A stretch of DNA of 51,388 bases, the filler included, from Jimgerdemannia flammicorona (Eukaryota): assembly GCA_003990765.1 (NCBI GenBank). It is 2 parts of 2 records of this genome, joined end to end, with 100 filler letters (N's around TTAATTAATTAA, not from the genome) between each part and the next. Parts side by side here need not be neighbours in the genome. Positions count along the whole stretch, not along the records: positions 1 to 25,651 come from RBNJ01000806.1; positions 25,752 to 51,388 come from RBNJ01000807.1. The stretch is one strand, 5' to 3'. Shown piece after piece: positions 23,500 to 35,700 of this stretch; within the stretch, counting starts at the first letter, position 1; every line of letters starts with the position of its first letter. Both the position numbers and the translations under genes were made by a program. The notes below the pieces were generated by a model. It was not told where the DNA came from. It saw only the letters and a program-made list of their open reading frames with translations, and ran no database searches.

Positions 23500-24000
23500 A
23501 AGGTGTCTATTTTGAATGAAAGGTGGGTGATCATGAAGGCTATAAAGGATGGGTGACTATGAAGGCCATAAAGGGTGGATAGCTATAAAGAGCATGAAGA
23601 ATAAGTAACTATAAAGGCCATGAAGGGTGGATGGTCATGAATGTTATGATGGATTGGTCTCTGTCTCTCAGATGAAAAGTAGTTGAAAAAAAAACTACTT
23701 TCGAAAAAAAAAAAAAGTATAGAGTGGTCACAAAGAGAGTGAGTGGCCACAAAGAGAGTAGATGACTACAAAGAGGTTAGTGGCTATAAAGGGACCATGA
23801 GTAAAGGGTGAGTAGTATGGGTGATAGTGAAGGAGATGTGTTGTTATGAAGGCTGCTCTGGTGGTTGAAAAAAAAAAAGCATAGAGTAGCTGCAAAGAGA
23901 GTAGGTGGCTGCAAAGAGAGTGGGTGACTACAAAAAGGGATGACTATAAAGAGAGTGGGTAGTGGGAAAAAAACATAAGTAAAGGATAGATAAGTGAGTG
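23500..24000 (+). repeat. Degenerate ~18-bp purine-rich repeats (ggccatgaagggtgggtg / cacaaagagagtgggtgg)
   Basis: Recurring short units separated by A-runs; boundaries approximate. Confidence 0.55.
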
Positions 24001-24009
24001 AAGGGCAGA

Positions 24010-25560
24010 ATAACTTATCAAATAAAATAAAAATAAAAGAGAGATATAATTATTAAGGCAGATAGCCAGACACAATATATAATTTATCAAATATAATAAA
24101 AATAAAAGGAAGATATAATTGTCAAGACAGATAGCCAGACACAACATATAATCTATAAAAATAAATAAATAAAAAGTAGAATCACTGAGGCAGATAGCTA
24201 TATATGAAATATTATCTATCAAATAAAATGAAAATAAAAGAGAGATATAATTGTCAAGGCAGATAGCCAGATATGAAAATAAAAGAGAGATATAATCATT
24301 GAGGCATATAGTCAAAAATGATATATAACTCATCAAATAAAATAATAAAAAAGAGATATAATTATCAAGACAGATAGCTAGACATAACATATAACCTATC
24401 AAATAAAATGAAAATAAAAGGGAGATATAATTATTGAGGTGAATAGCCAGACATGATGTATAACTCATCAAATAAAATAATAAAAGTGAGATATAATCAT
24501 TGAGGCAAATAGCCAGACAAGATATATAACCAATCAAATGAAATAATAAAAGGAAGATATAATAATTAAGGTAAATAGCTGGACACAAAATAAAACTTAT
24601 TAAATAAAATGAAAATAAAAGAGAGATATAATTGTTAAGACAGATAATCAGATATAAAAATGACCCATCAAATAAAATAAAAATAAAAGAGAGATAGAAT
24701 CATTGAGACAGATAGCCAGACATAATATATAGCCTATCAAATAAAATAATTAAAGGGAGAAATAATCATCAAGGCAGATAGCCAGACATGATATATAACT
24801 CATCAAATAAAATAATAAAAAGGAGATATAATCATTAAGATAGATAGCCAGATATGAAATATAACCCATCAAATAAAATAAAAATAAAAGAAAGATATAA
24901 TCATCAAGACAGATAGTCAGATATGAAAATAACTCATCAAATAAAATGAAAATAAAAGGGAGATATAATCATCTAGACAGATAGCCAGACATGATATATA
25001 ACCTATCAAATAAAATAATTAAAGAGAGATATAATCATTGAGGCAAATAGTTAGATATGATATATAACTATTAAATAAAATAATAAAAGAGAGATATATT
25101 CATTGAGGTAGATTGCAAGATATGATATATAACTCATTAAATAAAATAATAAAAGGGAGATATAATCATTGAGGCAGATAGTTAGACATAATATATAACC
25201 AATCAAATAAAATGAAAATAAAAGAGAGATATAATAATTGAAGCAGATAGCCAGACATAATATATAATCCATTAAATAAATAATAAAAGAGAGATATAAT
25301 CATTGAGGTACATAGATAGCCAGATATGAAAATAATCCATAAAATAAAATAAAAATAAAAGACATAATTATTAAGACAGATAGCCAGACATGACATATAA
25401 CCCACCAAATAAAATAATAAAAAGGAGATATAATTATTGAGGCAGATAGTCAGACATAATATATAATCTATTAAATAAAATAATAAAAGAGAGATATAAT
25501 CCTCAAGGCAGATAGTCAGATATAAAATATGATCCATTAAATAAAATGAAAATAAAAGGA
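24010..25560 (+). repeat. Tandem array family C, 66-69-bp unit, roughly 20+ copies
   Basis: Unit ~GAGATATAATCATTGAGGCAGATAGCCAGACATGATATATAACCTATCAAATAAAATAATAAAAGA; spacings of 69 and 66 measured at 24353, 24422 and 24488. Confidence 0.9.
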
Positions 25561-25651
25561 GTCTTTTCAAGTGGTTAGGTATAAAGAAGATGAGCTGCAA
25601 GAAATAAAGAGTCAGGGAATGAAGCAGAGAGAGTAAAGACTCCTTAAAAAA

Positions 25652-25751
25652 NNNNNNNNNNNNNNNNNNNNNNNNNNNNNNNNNNNNNNNNNNNNTTAAT
25701 TAATTAANNNNNNNNNNNNNNNNNNNNNNNNNNNNNNNNNNNNNNNNNNNN
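25652..25751. other. Artificial assembly gap/linker (44 N + TTAATTAATTAA + 44 N = 100 bp)
   Basis: Symmetric N runs around a six-frame-stop linker. Confidence 0.95.
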
Positions 25752-25759
25752 AAAAAAAA

Positions 25760-25810
<51 letters not shown>

Positions 25811-25935
25811 AAAAGGCAAGACGAGCATCTACACAACATCCGGCTCCCAAAATAAACCAATTCATCACTGCCGAACGAGATCATGAATCATACCCTTACA
25901 TTCCCCTCATCCTGGGCCTACGCACCACTCCCACC

Positions 25936-26145
25936 CTATGGCTGCGGTGGATTCTGCGCGTTACTCGGCGAACCCTGCTGCCCATTCTGCCCCTGCTGCT
26001 GGCCCTGCGCCTGCGCCTGCGCCTGCGCCTGCGCCTGCGCTTGGGCCTGTGCTTGCGCTTGGGCCTGCGCCTGAGCCTGCGCATGAGCGACGGCCTGAGC
26101 TTGCGCTTGAGCCTGGACATGAGCATGAGCGACGGCCTGGGCCTG

Positions 26146-26177
<32 letters not shown>

Positions 26178-29100
26178 GATTGGCACGCATCGAGGCGAGA
26201 AATCGCTGAAGATGGGCCTGTTGTGCGAGTTGCGGGTATTGCGCGGCCAGTTGGGCAGCAAAGGCAGGATTGGCCTGGGCAGAGGCTACGATGGCGTTGG
26301 CGGAGGGGTGCATTTGTGGTTGCGAGTCATTGCCTGTGGGGACACCGGTGATCGAGTGGGCAACGGAGGAGACGGGCAAGATATCAGATTTTTGGACGCT
26401 CAATAATCTCCTCTCACCAAGTTCAGGGGGGCGGCGTTCATGAACACAACAATCGCTAACCTGAGGGTTGTCCTCCTGGTACGGTGACCCCAAACCTCTG
26501 TAACGGTGCCGACACCGGTGGCCTTCCACCAGCCGCTGCTGCAGCCAACATTGCCATCTGTGAGATACGTGGGGGTAATACAAATGTCAAACATCAACGC
26601 GACAAAGCAAAATATAATTCCACAATTGATAAAGATGGCAACCAACCTGTTGCTGCTGCCGCATCATAAGCGCCGCCTGTAACTGCTCCGGCGGCAGAGT
26701 CCTCGTAGCCGCAGGCGACAACCGATTGATGGGCAACTGGCCCGGTTGTTGAGCTTGTATTCCTGGTGCAGATTGTTGTCCTGGTGCGCCGGGCGGCCGC
26801 ACCATCGGTTTGTTCTGCGGAGATGCTACAGGGATGCCACGCCCGATGGCGGCTTGCGGCGGTCGGACTTGTTGCACGAGCGGGTGAGTCATGGGGATCG
26901 CACCTGGATGCGGTGGACGAGCTATCGGAGACTGGTGACAAAGTTAGAGAGAAATGAGAGAAATAAAAATATTGTTCGAAGTACGTATAGGTTAGGGGTT
27001 ATATCTTATGTTTACAAGGCTAATAAAGAGAAGTACGCGGTACTATAGCAAGAGGGACGTTTCCGAGAGACATGTACATTTGCCTGCGCTCCACTAAGCG
27101 CGTACGCCGCCATGTTCTGTCGCTGCTGTTCCATGAGGGCCTGCGCGATTTGCCTCTCCCGCTGGTGCTTCATCATGCTCAATTCCATGGGTGAGGGTAG
27201 TCGTTGTCCGGTGGAAGACGTGCCGTGCGCCTCGATAGTACTCTTGGGCGCTGGTGCAGCTACTAATCCGAAAGCGTTCGCGGAAAATGTTTCAGTGGAG
27301 CTGCACAGAAGTGTGCATATGAAATGATTCAACAGGTGTGTATACACCAATTAAGTTTCATAATGTGCCCATCGACGCGATGAAAGAAAGAAAGAAAAAA
27401 TCGTACCCGATGGCTTTTGCGCATGTTCTCTCTTTTTCTGCGTCTTCTTTATGGCCTCGAAAATGCTATACTGCCTCTGCTTCCTCCGCATACTCTCAAC
27501 TCGTGGCATCGCCTTTTTAAGCGAATCTTTCTTTTGCCTTGCCTGCAATGCGAGCGCGGCACTAGCAACAGTGGGGGAGGGAGGTGTTGACAGGTTCGAT
27601 GAGGCATTGAGTAGATTATTGGGCAGGTTGCCCAGTCCGAGGGGAAGAGGCCGAACAGGAGTCACGGGTGTTGTTGGCTGCGATGTTGATGTAGAAGACG
27701 AGCCCGGTGCTGACGCGGCGGTGGGAGTGGTGGTACTCTCCTTTTGCTTGTAGCGCTCAAAGCAGTCCCACGACACGCGGTGCTCGCCCGTAATGGGCGC
27801 CCGGATTGAGTTCATTGAGTCGCAAATCAGATCCCAGTTGTACTGGAATGGGCGGATTAGGGACGTAAGCAAATTGTCGTCCTCTTCTGTCCAATTCAGG
27901 GGCGTTCGCTGAAGTGCTGGGTTCGGTGGCGCAGGCTGTGGGATTTGCAGGCCAGGGAGATCTTTTGATTTCTTCGGTGCAAAGATCGCTGTTTCGAAGC
28001 AAACCGAGATTGTCAGAATGATTAAAATAAAATAAATAAATAAAAATGAAATGGCCGCGTTGCCCAAAGACAATTAAGACAACTCACGAGAAATCAGAGG
28101 CGCCGTATCATATCGCATAAATGACGCCAATGGCTTCACAGGCTCATCTCTCAACCTTTCCTCTTCTGCATCCATATTTCCATCATCCCAGTCTTCCGGC
28201 CGCCGCCTCTTCTTACCCGCAATCGCTGGCTCTTCCCTTCTGACGGCCTTCCTCGCAATGAACTTTGTGATGGGCACCACGCGACCGAACTCTACCTCGT
28301 CCCAATACGCATCGTTATCTTCTGGCTTGGGCGGCTCGTACATTGGTAAGTCTGGGAACAGAGACTGCGGGTCCAAAAGCATGACGTCAGCCATCGCCGT
28401 CAGCATGAAAATGGTCTTGTCAGACTGCAGGTCGACGATGGCGGACCGATACTGATGAATTAGGTTAGGTGATACCGGCGGGGGCATCGACAGCATATCC
28501 GAGGGCATGACGGCCTTGCCCTTGAGTTTGAGCGTCGTCTTGGACTCCTCGAGACCGTCGATGGCCATGGCATCGATTAGCTCGTTGTCAGATTGCGACC
28601 GGAGCTTTAACGGTTTGAACGCATCCGTCGACTCCAGCTGCGGTTCGGCCTTGACCACGGGCTCCTTTGAGGCCAGTCCGAACATGGCGTCCGATTTTAT
28701 TACAGATGAGAAATCCACGGGCGTCTCTGGCTCTTCGACCTTGAGCTCGGGTTCGTGGGAAGTTGCGGAGCTGGCCTCCGCGGTTACGGTTAACGAAATA
28801 TCCTCCATCTCGTCTACATCTTTGCTTGTCGGCGCATCCCCCTCGACTTGGTCTTGCTCTAGATCCATCATCTCGTCTTCGGGATGGAAAATGCGTGGGC
28901 TTGGGCTCCGCCGCTATGGGCAACAAAGTAAGATCATTGTTGATAATAATAATAATAACAAAACACAAAGGCACTGAGGAATATGCCACAGAAAACGCAT
29001 GCACTTACCCTCACACACACATTCTGCTTGTCATCTGCCTCGTGCCATTCCATTACCCACCGCGCCACCTCGTATGCCGTCGCAATTTTCCATCTGCGCT

Positions 29101-29780
29101 CCTCTTTGAAGTCAGTCTGCATCCATTTCTAAATAGGGTAGCAAGAATAGAAACCTCATCATTTAAAACTTGCCGCGAAGTGCCGAGCTCACACTATCTG
29201 AACGAACATAATGTTCTACACACCATTTCATCAAGCAACTGATCCCAATGAGTTTTCGTCCGAGGGACCGCCTTGTGCCTCTTGAGCTGTTTGAAGCCCC
29301 ACGCGTGGTTCGCCTTCAAGGTTTCAATCCGTTGCATGGCTCGAAGCAATTTCAGTTCATCTCGGGCAATCTAACAATGAAATACACATCCGTCATAAGA
29401 TTCAGCGAGTGAAACAAGAGGTATTGATCAATGGAAGAGTTCAACTACCTTCCAATCCCTCGTTGACAGCACCTTCCCGGCGGTCTGCAACACCTTATAC
29501 AGCGGCTGCTTATGGATCCGCATATGCCATGCATACAAATCGACGGCTTTGGAATGCTCGCGGGGCGCCTCGGGGTACTTGTGGCCGCCGTAGGTCTGCG
29601 CGTAGTAATGCTTCGAGTCCATCCGACGCGAAGGCGGGGTAATGGTCCGTTGTGGTGGTCGCTTGGCTGTCATTCGGATCATAGGATACTTTGGTTTCTC
29701 AATTGTGGGTGTCGTCGCGGGCGAGGTGCGGGTAGATGACGGGTGGATACCGGCGCTTCTCTGTGAGAACGGTACATGTG

Positions 29781-29812
<32 letters not shown>

Positions 29813-30905
29813 ATTAGATAGATGCTCACAAACGATACGATACGCGTCATACGCACAATCTTCTCCATTTTTACTTTTCGAGTTTACCTCTCCACTAATG
29901 TCGTAGCAATACCAACCTCCGAAATGATCTCATCGACGCTCTTGTGTCTAATCGCGCCGCTCACCCCCCTCGTGACCATCCTCTCTGGAGGCGGGAGCAC
30001 GCGTTTGTGCTTCCTGGTCGGGGAGGTCTCGGCGGACTGGCTCCCGTGCTTCTGAGAATCATCTGATCCAGACGGCGAGCCCGCGCCGCCGTTGGCCAGC
30101 TCGGCGTGATCTCCTTCGAGTTCCACGGGAGGAGTCGCGACGGGGGAGTCGGTGGTGTCGAGTGGATGACACGGGATCGAGAGGTTGGTGTTGAGTTTGA
30201 GTTTTGGGGGCACGGTTTCGTGGGTGGTGTGAGGTGGCGTGGAGAGGAGGGGTTCTTGACTGGTATTTCGGGGTTCGTAAAGTGAGGATTAGTCACGCTC
30301 GTTTGAATCCCGGTTGTAAGTTATCCAAACTTCAAAATCTGACAAGTTCCCAGACCTACCCTAATTTGTTGTTATCCAAGAACGCCTTCAGCTTATCCTG
30401 GTTCACCTTACTGGCATCTACATCTACATCCATGTACCCTAATTTGTTATGATCCAAGAACTCCTTCAGCTTATCCGGGTTCACCTTATTGGCATCTACA
30501 TCCACATCCATGTACCCTAATTTGTTATTATCCAAGAACTCCTTCAGCTTATCCGGGTTCACCTTTGCGGCATCTAGATCCACATCCATGACAGCCTCGT
30601 TGCTGTCCGAGTGGTTCATCAAAACAAATAATTGTTTGAGCAATGTCTCTCTCCGATCGATGATCCGTCTATGGGGCATGAAAAAACACGGGCGGATGTG
30701 AGCAACATTCTATGAAAAATCATTGCGACAAAGACTCATATGTGAACAAGATACTGACTTCAATTCCTGTTTGCGAAGTTCTTCGGCTTTGGTGCGAAGG
30801 TCTTCTATTTTGGTCTGATGATGAAGAAATTGAAATTCGCGATTAAGTTTTTCTTATCGTTTTTTTCTTTTTTTTCTTTTTTTTCTTTTTTTTTTTACGT
30901 TCGTT

Positions 30906-30953
<48 letters not shown>

Positions 30954-31260
30954 ATAAGGGTGGGACCAATATGTATTTCGCTCTTCATCTGTACCATTGG
31001 GAAATAAATTATGAAATCTGCGAGCGTTGTTCCCTTTGCTTGTCTGCTCTCATCATTGCTCTTCCGATCCTCACACCCCATGGCCCTCGACGAATACGCC
31101 CCTAGCGACATTATCAACCCATCATGCAAAACACCACGCACACGCATCACCTTATGCAACCTTTGAGGTATTGCACACATACCATGGACGTATTATCCGA
31201 TTCGGCTTCTTGGGTCAATTCCTTCCCCACGTTAGAGACTTTCGAGACATCTTGAGCCAT
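25936..31260 (-). CDS. EAF1: NuA4 complex scaffold Eaf1/Vid21 (HSA + SANT/Myb, Q/A-rich C-terminus), multi-exon
   Basis: HSA: KTHWDQLLDEM / MQTDFKEERRWKIATAYEVA (~29260-29030). KVLSTRDW upstream. SANT: WTEEDDNLL...NWDLICD...WDCFERY (~27895-27750). Inferred exon 1 is 31260-31183 (MAQDVSK...SM|GT) and splices in phase to the next exons. Stop TAG at 25936. Confidence 0.88.
30357..30590 (-). repeat. 3 x 78-bp coding tandem repeat in an EAF1 exon
   Basis: MDVD.DA.KVN.DKLK.FLD.NKLG three times; units start at 30357, 30435 and 30513. Confidence 0.92.
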
Positions 31261-32763
31261 AATACAAAAGATATTGTCCGCTTGTTTCTGGGCCAGTCAG
31301 ACCTCCACGTTGACGAGGAGCGACTCACGACCGAAGAAACGATATAGTTAAAAAAATAAAGGGGGGGTTGCGGAGCGAGGGGCTGGACGAGGCAGCGGAC
31401 GGAGTCGGTGCGGTGGTATGTGAATAGGGTTGGATTGAAATGGGTGATTGGAATGGGAAATGAAATGTAACGTAACGGTTTGCAGAGCTGTTGACGTAAG
31501 AAAGTGGGAGACGAGCCGGGTGGTTTTTGCCTATATTATATGCATACAAACATTTCTGTCAGTAGGTTTCATTCGTGTCGGCCGTCTAAAAATAGATTAG
31601 CATGGGTGTTCGGAACTTCGTCACAATGTAGCCCATGTCAAGCCTGTGCAAGGAAACCCAGGCAAACATGCTATGAGTGTTTCTAAACGCCCTGTAGCTT
31701 CACACCTGTCCTCTTTTCGATGATGGGTAAATGGTTATACTATGGCCGGTGCTAAGAATCAGTGGCAAATCTGCAATAAAGCACCATATTCCCACCAGGC
31801 AAAGCCAACACAATGGGCCATCATCTTCCTTCATCTTGAAAATAAAGAGATTCATAAGACGTACCCGTACAATCTCGCAAAGATCTTGCAAAGACGACGC
31901 CGGAAATCCGTGCGGATGGTCCTCTGTTGCGGTCGTACCTCTGTTCGTGTTTTTTTTGCCGTGTCTTTCTTGGCGCTGCGCCTTGGGGTTTGTTGACGAA
32001 ATGACCCGGTAACAATTTTTCGGGGTGACGTCGTTGGGTCCCAGGTGGCCCAGCTGATTTTGCGACATCGTCCGGGGAAAATTTTTACATGTAAAAATGG
32101 GCTCAAGAGGAATGGCATAAAACATTTACGATAAAGGGGTAAACATATGAGCTCCTATACCTTGTGATAACGATTCTTTGATTGCTTCTCTAGATTTTCG
32201 CTTTCGAACTCGGTCAGGGAATAATTACGGCCAATTATAATATCACAAAGAGTGTTTGTCAATTAGATAGTTTTCTTGCTGTTTCCCAATCCGATCAAAA
32301 ATAGTAATAAAACATATTAATAGTAATAGAACTGCTTTTATGTCAGAGCCAACAATTCGTTTTCGGTATCCTTGTCATTTGCTGCAGCCTTTGATATTAT
32401 CCCAATCGGGTATTTGCCACCAACGCGGAGAAAGCAAAGCGATAGCCTGAAAACCCCTATTACGTATGAAGGGCGCTTGGCGCACTGCAACAAAGAAGCT
32501 ACTGAGAAAAACTTGAGGCGACACACCTTGGGAAACAATAGCGCCTATGACAGCGTAGTGCACAGAAACGCGTGGTTTGAGCGCGTTTTGTGTAATGACG
32601 TCACGCTTTGTTGATGGGTTGCCTTACCACAAAAATATCGTACCCTTTCTCTCGCATCTTTCTCCAGTGCGTCACTTGCAATCATGGACTATCCTCCCCC
32701 TTTCTATCAGTCAGGAACATTTGTTTTCACTTGTCTGCTCGCGACGACTTATGTGGCACTGGC

Positions 32764-35700
32764 ATGGGTCCGACCGGCGATACGCGAGAAGCAAATGAGG
32801 AAGTACTTGAGAGCACAGGGGTACGTTGCTCAATTTTCTTTTTGACAATCCTCGGTTGGCAAATGGTGAAGGGGCTGCTAAAACAGCCAGGATTCCCAAT
32901 TTTACGTGTGCAAAAGTTTGTGAGATTTCACGGCGAAGCCCTTTGGTGTCCGCTCTCCATTACGTTAGTGCCAACCTCGTAACGCCACCAGTTTGACAGG
33001 CGTCTCAGGAATTACAGGGGCACGCGTATCAAATCCCAGATGAATCTTGCAAAGCGCCACAATATGCTTGATGCGCTACCACCAACGCATTCACTCTCTG
33101 TTTAATTAGACCACGGAGAAAGATTGCAAAGCCCAACGATCCCCTTCCACCCCTGACTCCACCTGCTCCACGACCATCAGTGCTCGACAGGCAAGTCCCA
33201 CTGACTTTGCCCCCCGGTGGTGTCACGGAAATCCGGACATCCTCGCAGCTGAAGCACCAACAAGGTAATGTCCGGCTTTGACATTTTTATTACTGATGCT
33301 GTCTTATCCGCGGCGCTTGTCTGACCCCCCCTCCATCTTATGTCGTAATTCCAGAATCCGTTGTTCCTTCTGCGCGAGACATGTATTCCCCATCGAACTA
33401 CGATCCCAAGAAAGACCATGGCAACACAATCGCTCGGCAAACTCGTTCTCGGCAAACGGTGTCTCACTTCGATCCCGCAAGGTTTGTGATTAGTTCTCTA
33501 TAGTGTCACTGATTGTATCAGACTTCATAAGTCTCCTAGACTCATATGCGACTTACCTCTATTTCTATTAGCCATGATGTATACGGCAGGCCGACGGTGT
33601 TGTTTGGTAATGATTACCGTAGCGTCCAGATAGTTCCAGCCACTTTCGTACCTCGATCAATCCCAACGAAAGAAGAAATGGCGAGAGGGAAAGATGTATA
33701 TCTTGATGGCAAGTGCTCGCATAATGTTTGGCTGTTCAAGCGATTTCCGGTACATAAAATTTAGTTGTACCGTTACTCATCAAATTTCAAACACATTTTT
33801 CCATTAACAGATGTCGCCGATAACCTTCTTAAGCAAGCTGCTGACGGTAATTATTTTGTATGCTAATACTTGGTGAAAGCATGACAAAAGGCTTTCTCCA
33901 GACACTTATAGCACATATTTTTGCGTTTGTGGTATGCTTTAGCGCGCTATGGTTATTATCCCCCAACGTTCCGTGGTGGCGATATTTCACCTGCTATTCC
34001 GATCTACGAAGAAGACGCATTTTTGCAAGAATACAACTCCACCAGAAGCACGCATAAATACGCCGCTGGGGAGTCGGCAGAAATGCCAGCGACTGGTCGT
34101 AAAAAGTTACATGTTGACGAAAAAGCCTTTGGATACGTAGGAAGACCGGGCGGCAGAAAGTACAAACATACCGAGGTTTGGAAGGAGAAACGCAAACAGC
34201 AAGTGAGGAAAGTGGACAGGAGCACGTCGCCAATGCCACCTGAAAAGGTAAGCACTTTTGACATCCAAGATTACCTGTGTCGATCACTGCTGCTACTGGC
34301 TAGACTTGATAGTTAATCGAATTGTTTTTTGGCGCAATGCGTCTTCCTTAATTTAATTTAAAACAGCCAATCGAGAAACATGCTGGGTATAAGCGCACTA
34401 TGGCAGAGCAGCCAGAACAGATATCTCAGAAACGCTCGCGTAGTATAGCCAGGACAGCGTCACTAATGTATGAGGCTGACGGTGAAAGCGGCGAGTCTGA
34501 GGACATCGTGTTTGAGCGGGAGTATCTGGCGAAATTCAATCGGCCACCACGGAAGAGGAACATAACGGAATCGGTTGGGCAAAATGCCGTTCGGAGCGAC
34601 GGGATGAAGAAGCAACGGATGGGGCCCATAATAATGCCCTCGGATTCTCTATGGAGGGTGAAGTGTTTATTTATTTATTGACTAGATGTTTATCATCACT
34701 ATGTTGAGAGCGTCAACGGAAATTCCCGCGGTTTCTTATACCAGTCTGACTTCATCTTCACTGTTTCTACACAACGCATTAATACGCGCTTACAGCCGGA
34801 TGAGAAGGAGAATGTTGGCGAGTCTTCCGCTCCGTTAGCTTCCGTCTACACACCCACGCCCACGCCCGTGTTAATACCGAAGGTTCCCAAACGAGCCACT
34901 GACCACAAGGATACATCTGTCGCTGTGCAATCGCCGATCCCAAACACACGCGGTCGCATCAAGCTCTCCGGCACTCCCGCCAAACCGAGCACCTATCGTG
35001 CCCAAACCGTTCTGAAAAATACGATCATGAGCAAATCCTATGGAAAGGCAGTTACTCCTTTACGATATCGAGTTCCCGATGGAGAAGAGGAGGAAAAGGA
35101 GGAAGAGCCAGCGGAAGTGGCGGCCGATGCTCAACGGAAAGAGAAGGATTCAAGCCCGCTCACCAAACCGACACTGCTTGAACCTACTACTAAAGAGACC
35201 TTAACGTTGTTGGTCGTCGATAATGAAGCTGTTGCAGAGAAGCAGAAGCCGAGCAAACAGGAAATGCCTTCGGTTCCCGAGACACCGAGGACCATGGTTG
35301 CGTCGATGGTACCATCCGCCACTACTGCTGCATCATCGAAGTTTAGTTTCAACGCCCCAATACAAAATGTCGCAGAAGAAGGGGCCCAAGTGCACACTAG
35401 CTCGAATACCAATGAACCTGCCAAGGCATCCGTGATTCCATCGATCTTTGCTCCGCCAGCGGTCATCCCTGACAAGTCTGACAAGATCCTGGAAAGCAAA
35501 CCACGCTTCACTCTGCCCCGTGGACCGAAGGCCGAGGGCTCGGCGGCCTCTGCGACTCTGAAGTTTAATTTCGGCACGTCGACGGGTGAATCAGTGAAGA
35601 CTCAGGCGTTTAATTTCAATTTCAATGGATCATCAGCCGTCGCCCCTTCGACTAATAATGATAAACCAGCTTTCTCGTTCACTGGCGCCTCAACAGCTAC

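Noticed and set aside
23944..25600. 214-aa and 144-aa hydrophobic minus-strand ORFs
   Set aside because: Artefacts of the A-rich 66/69-bp array read on the T-rich strand.
31700..32125. 141-aa minus-strand ORF between EAF1 and the nucleoporin
   Set aside because: No recognisable motif or clear exon structure; more likely divergent promoter or UTR sequence. RNA-seq would decide.
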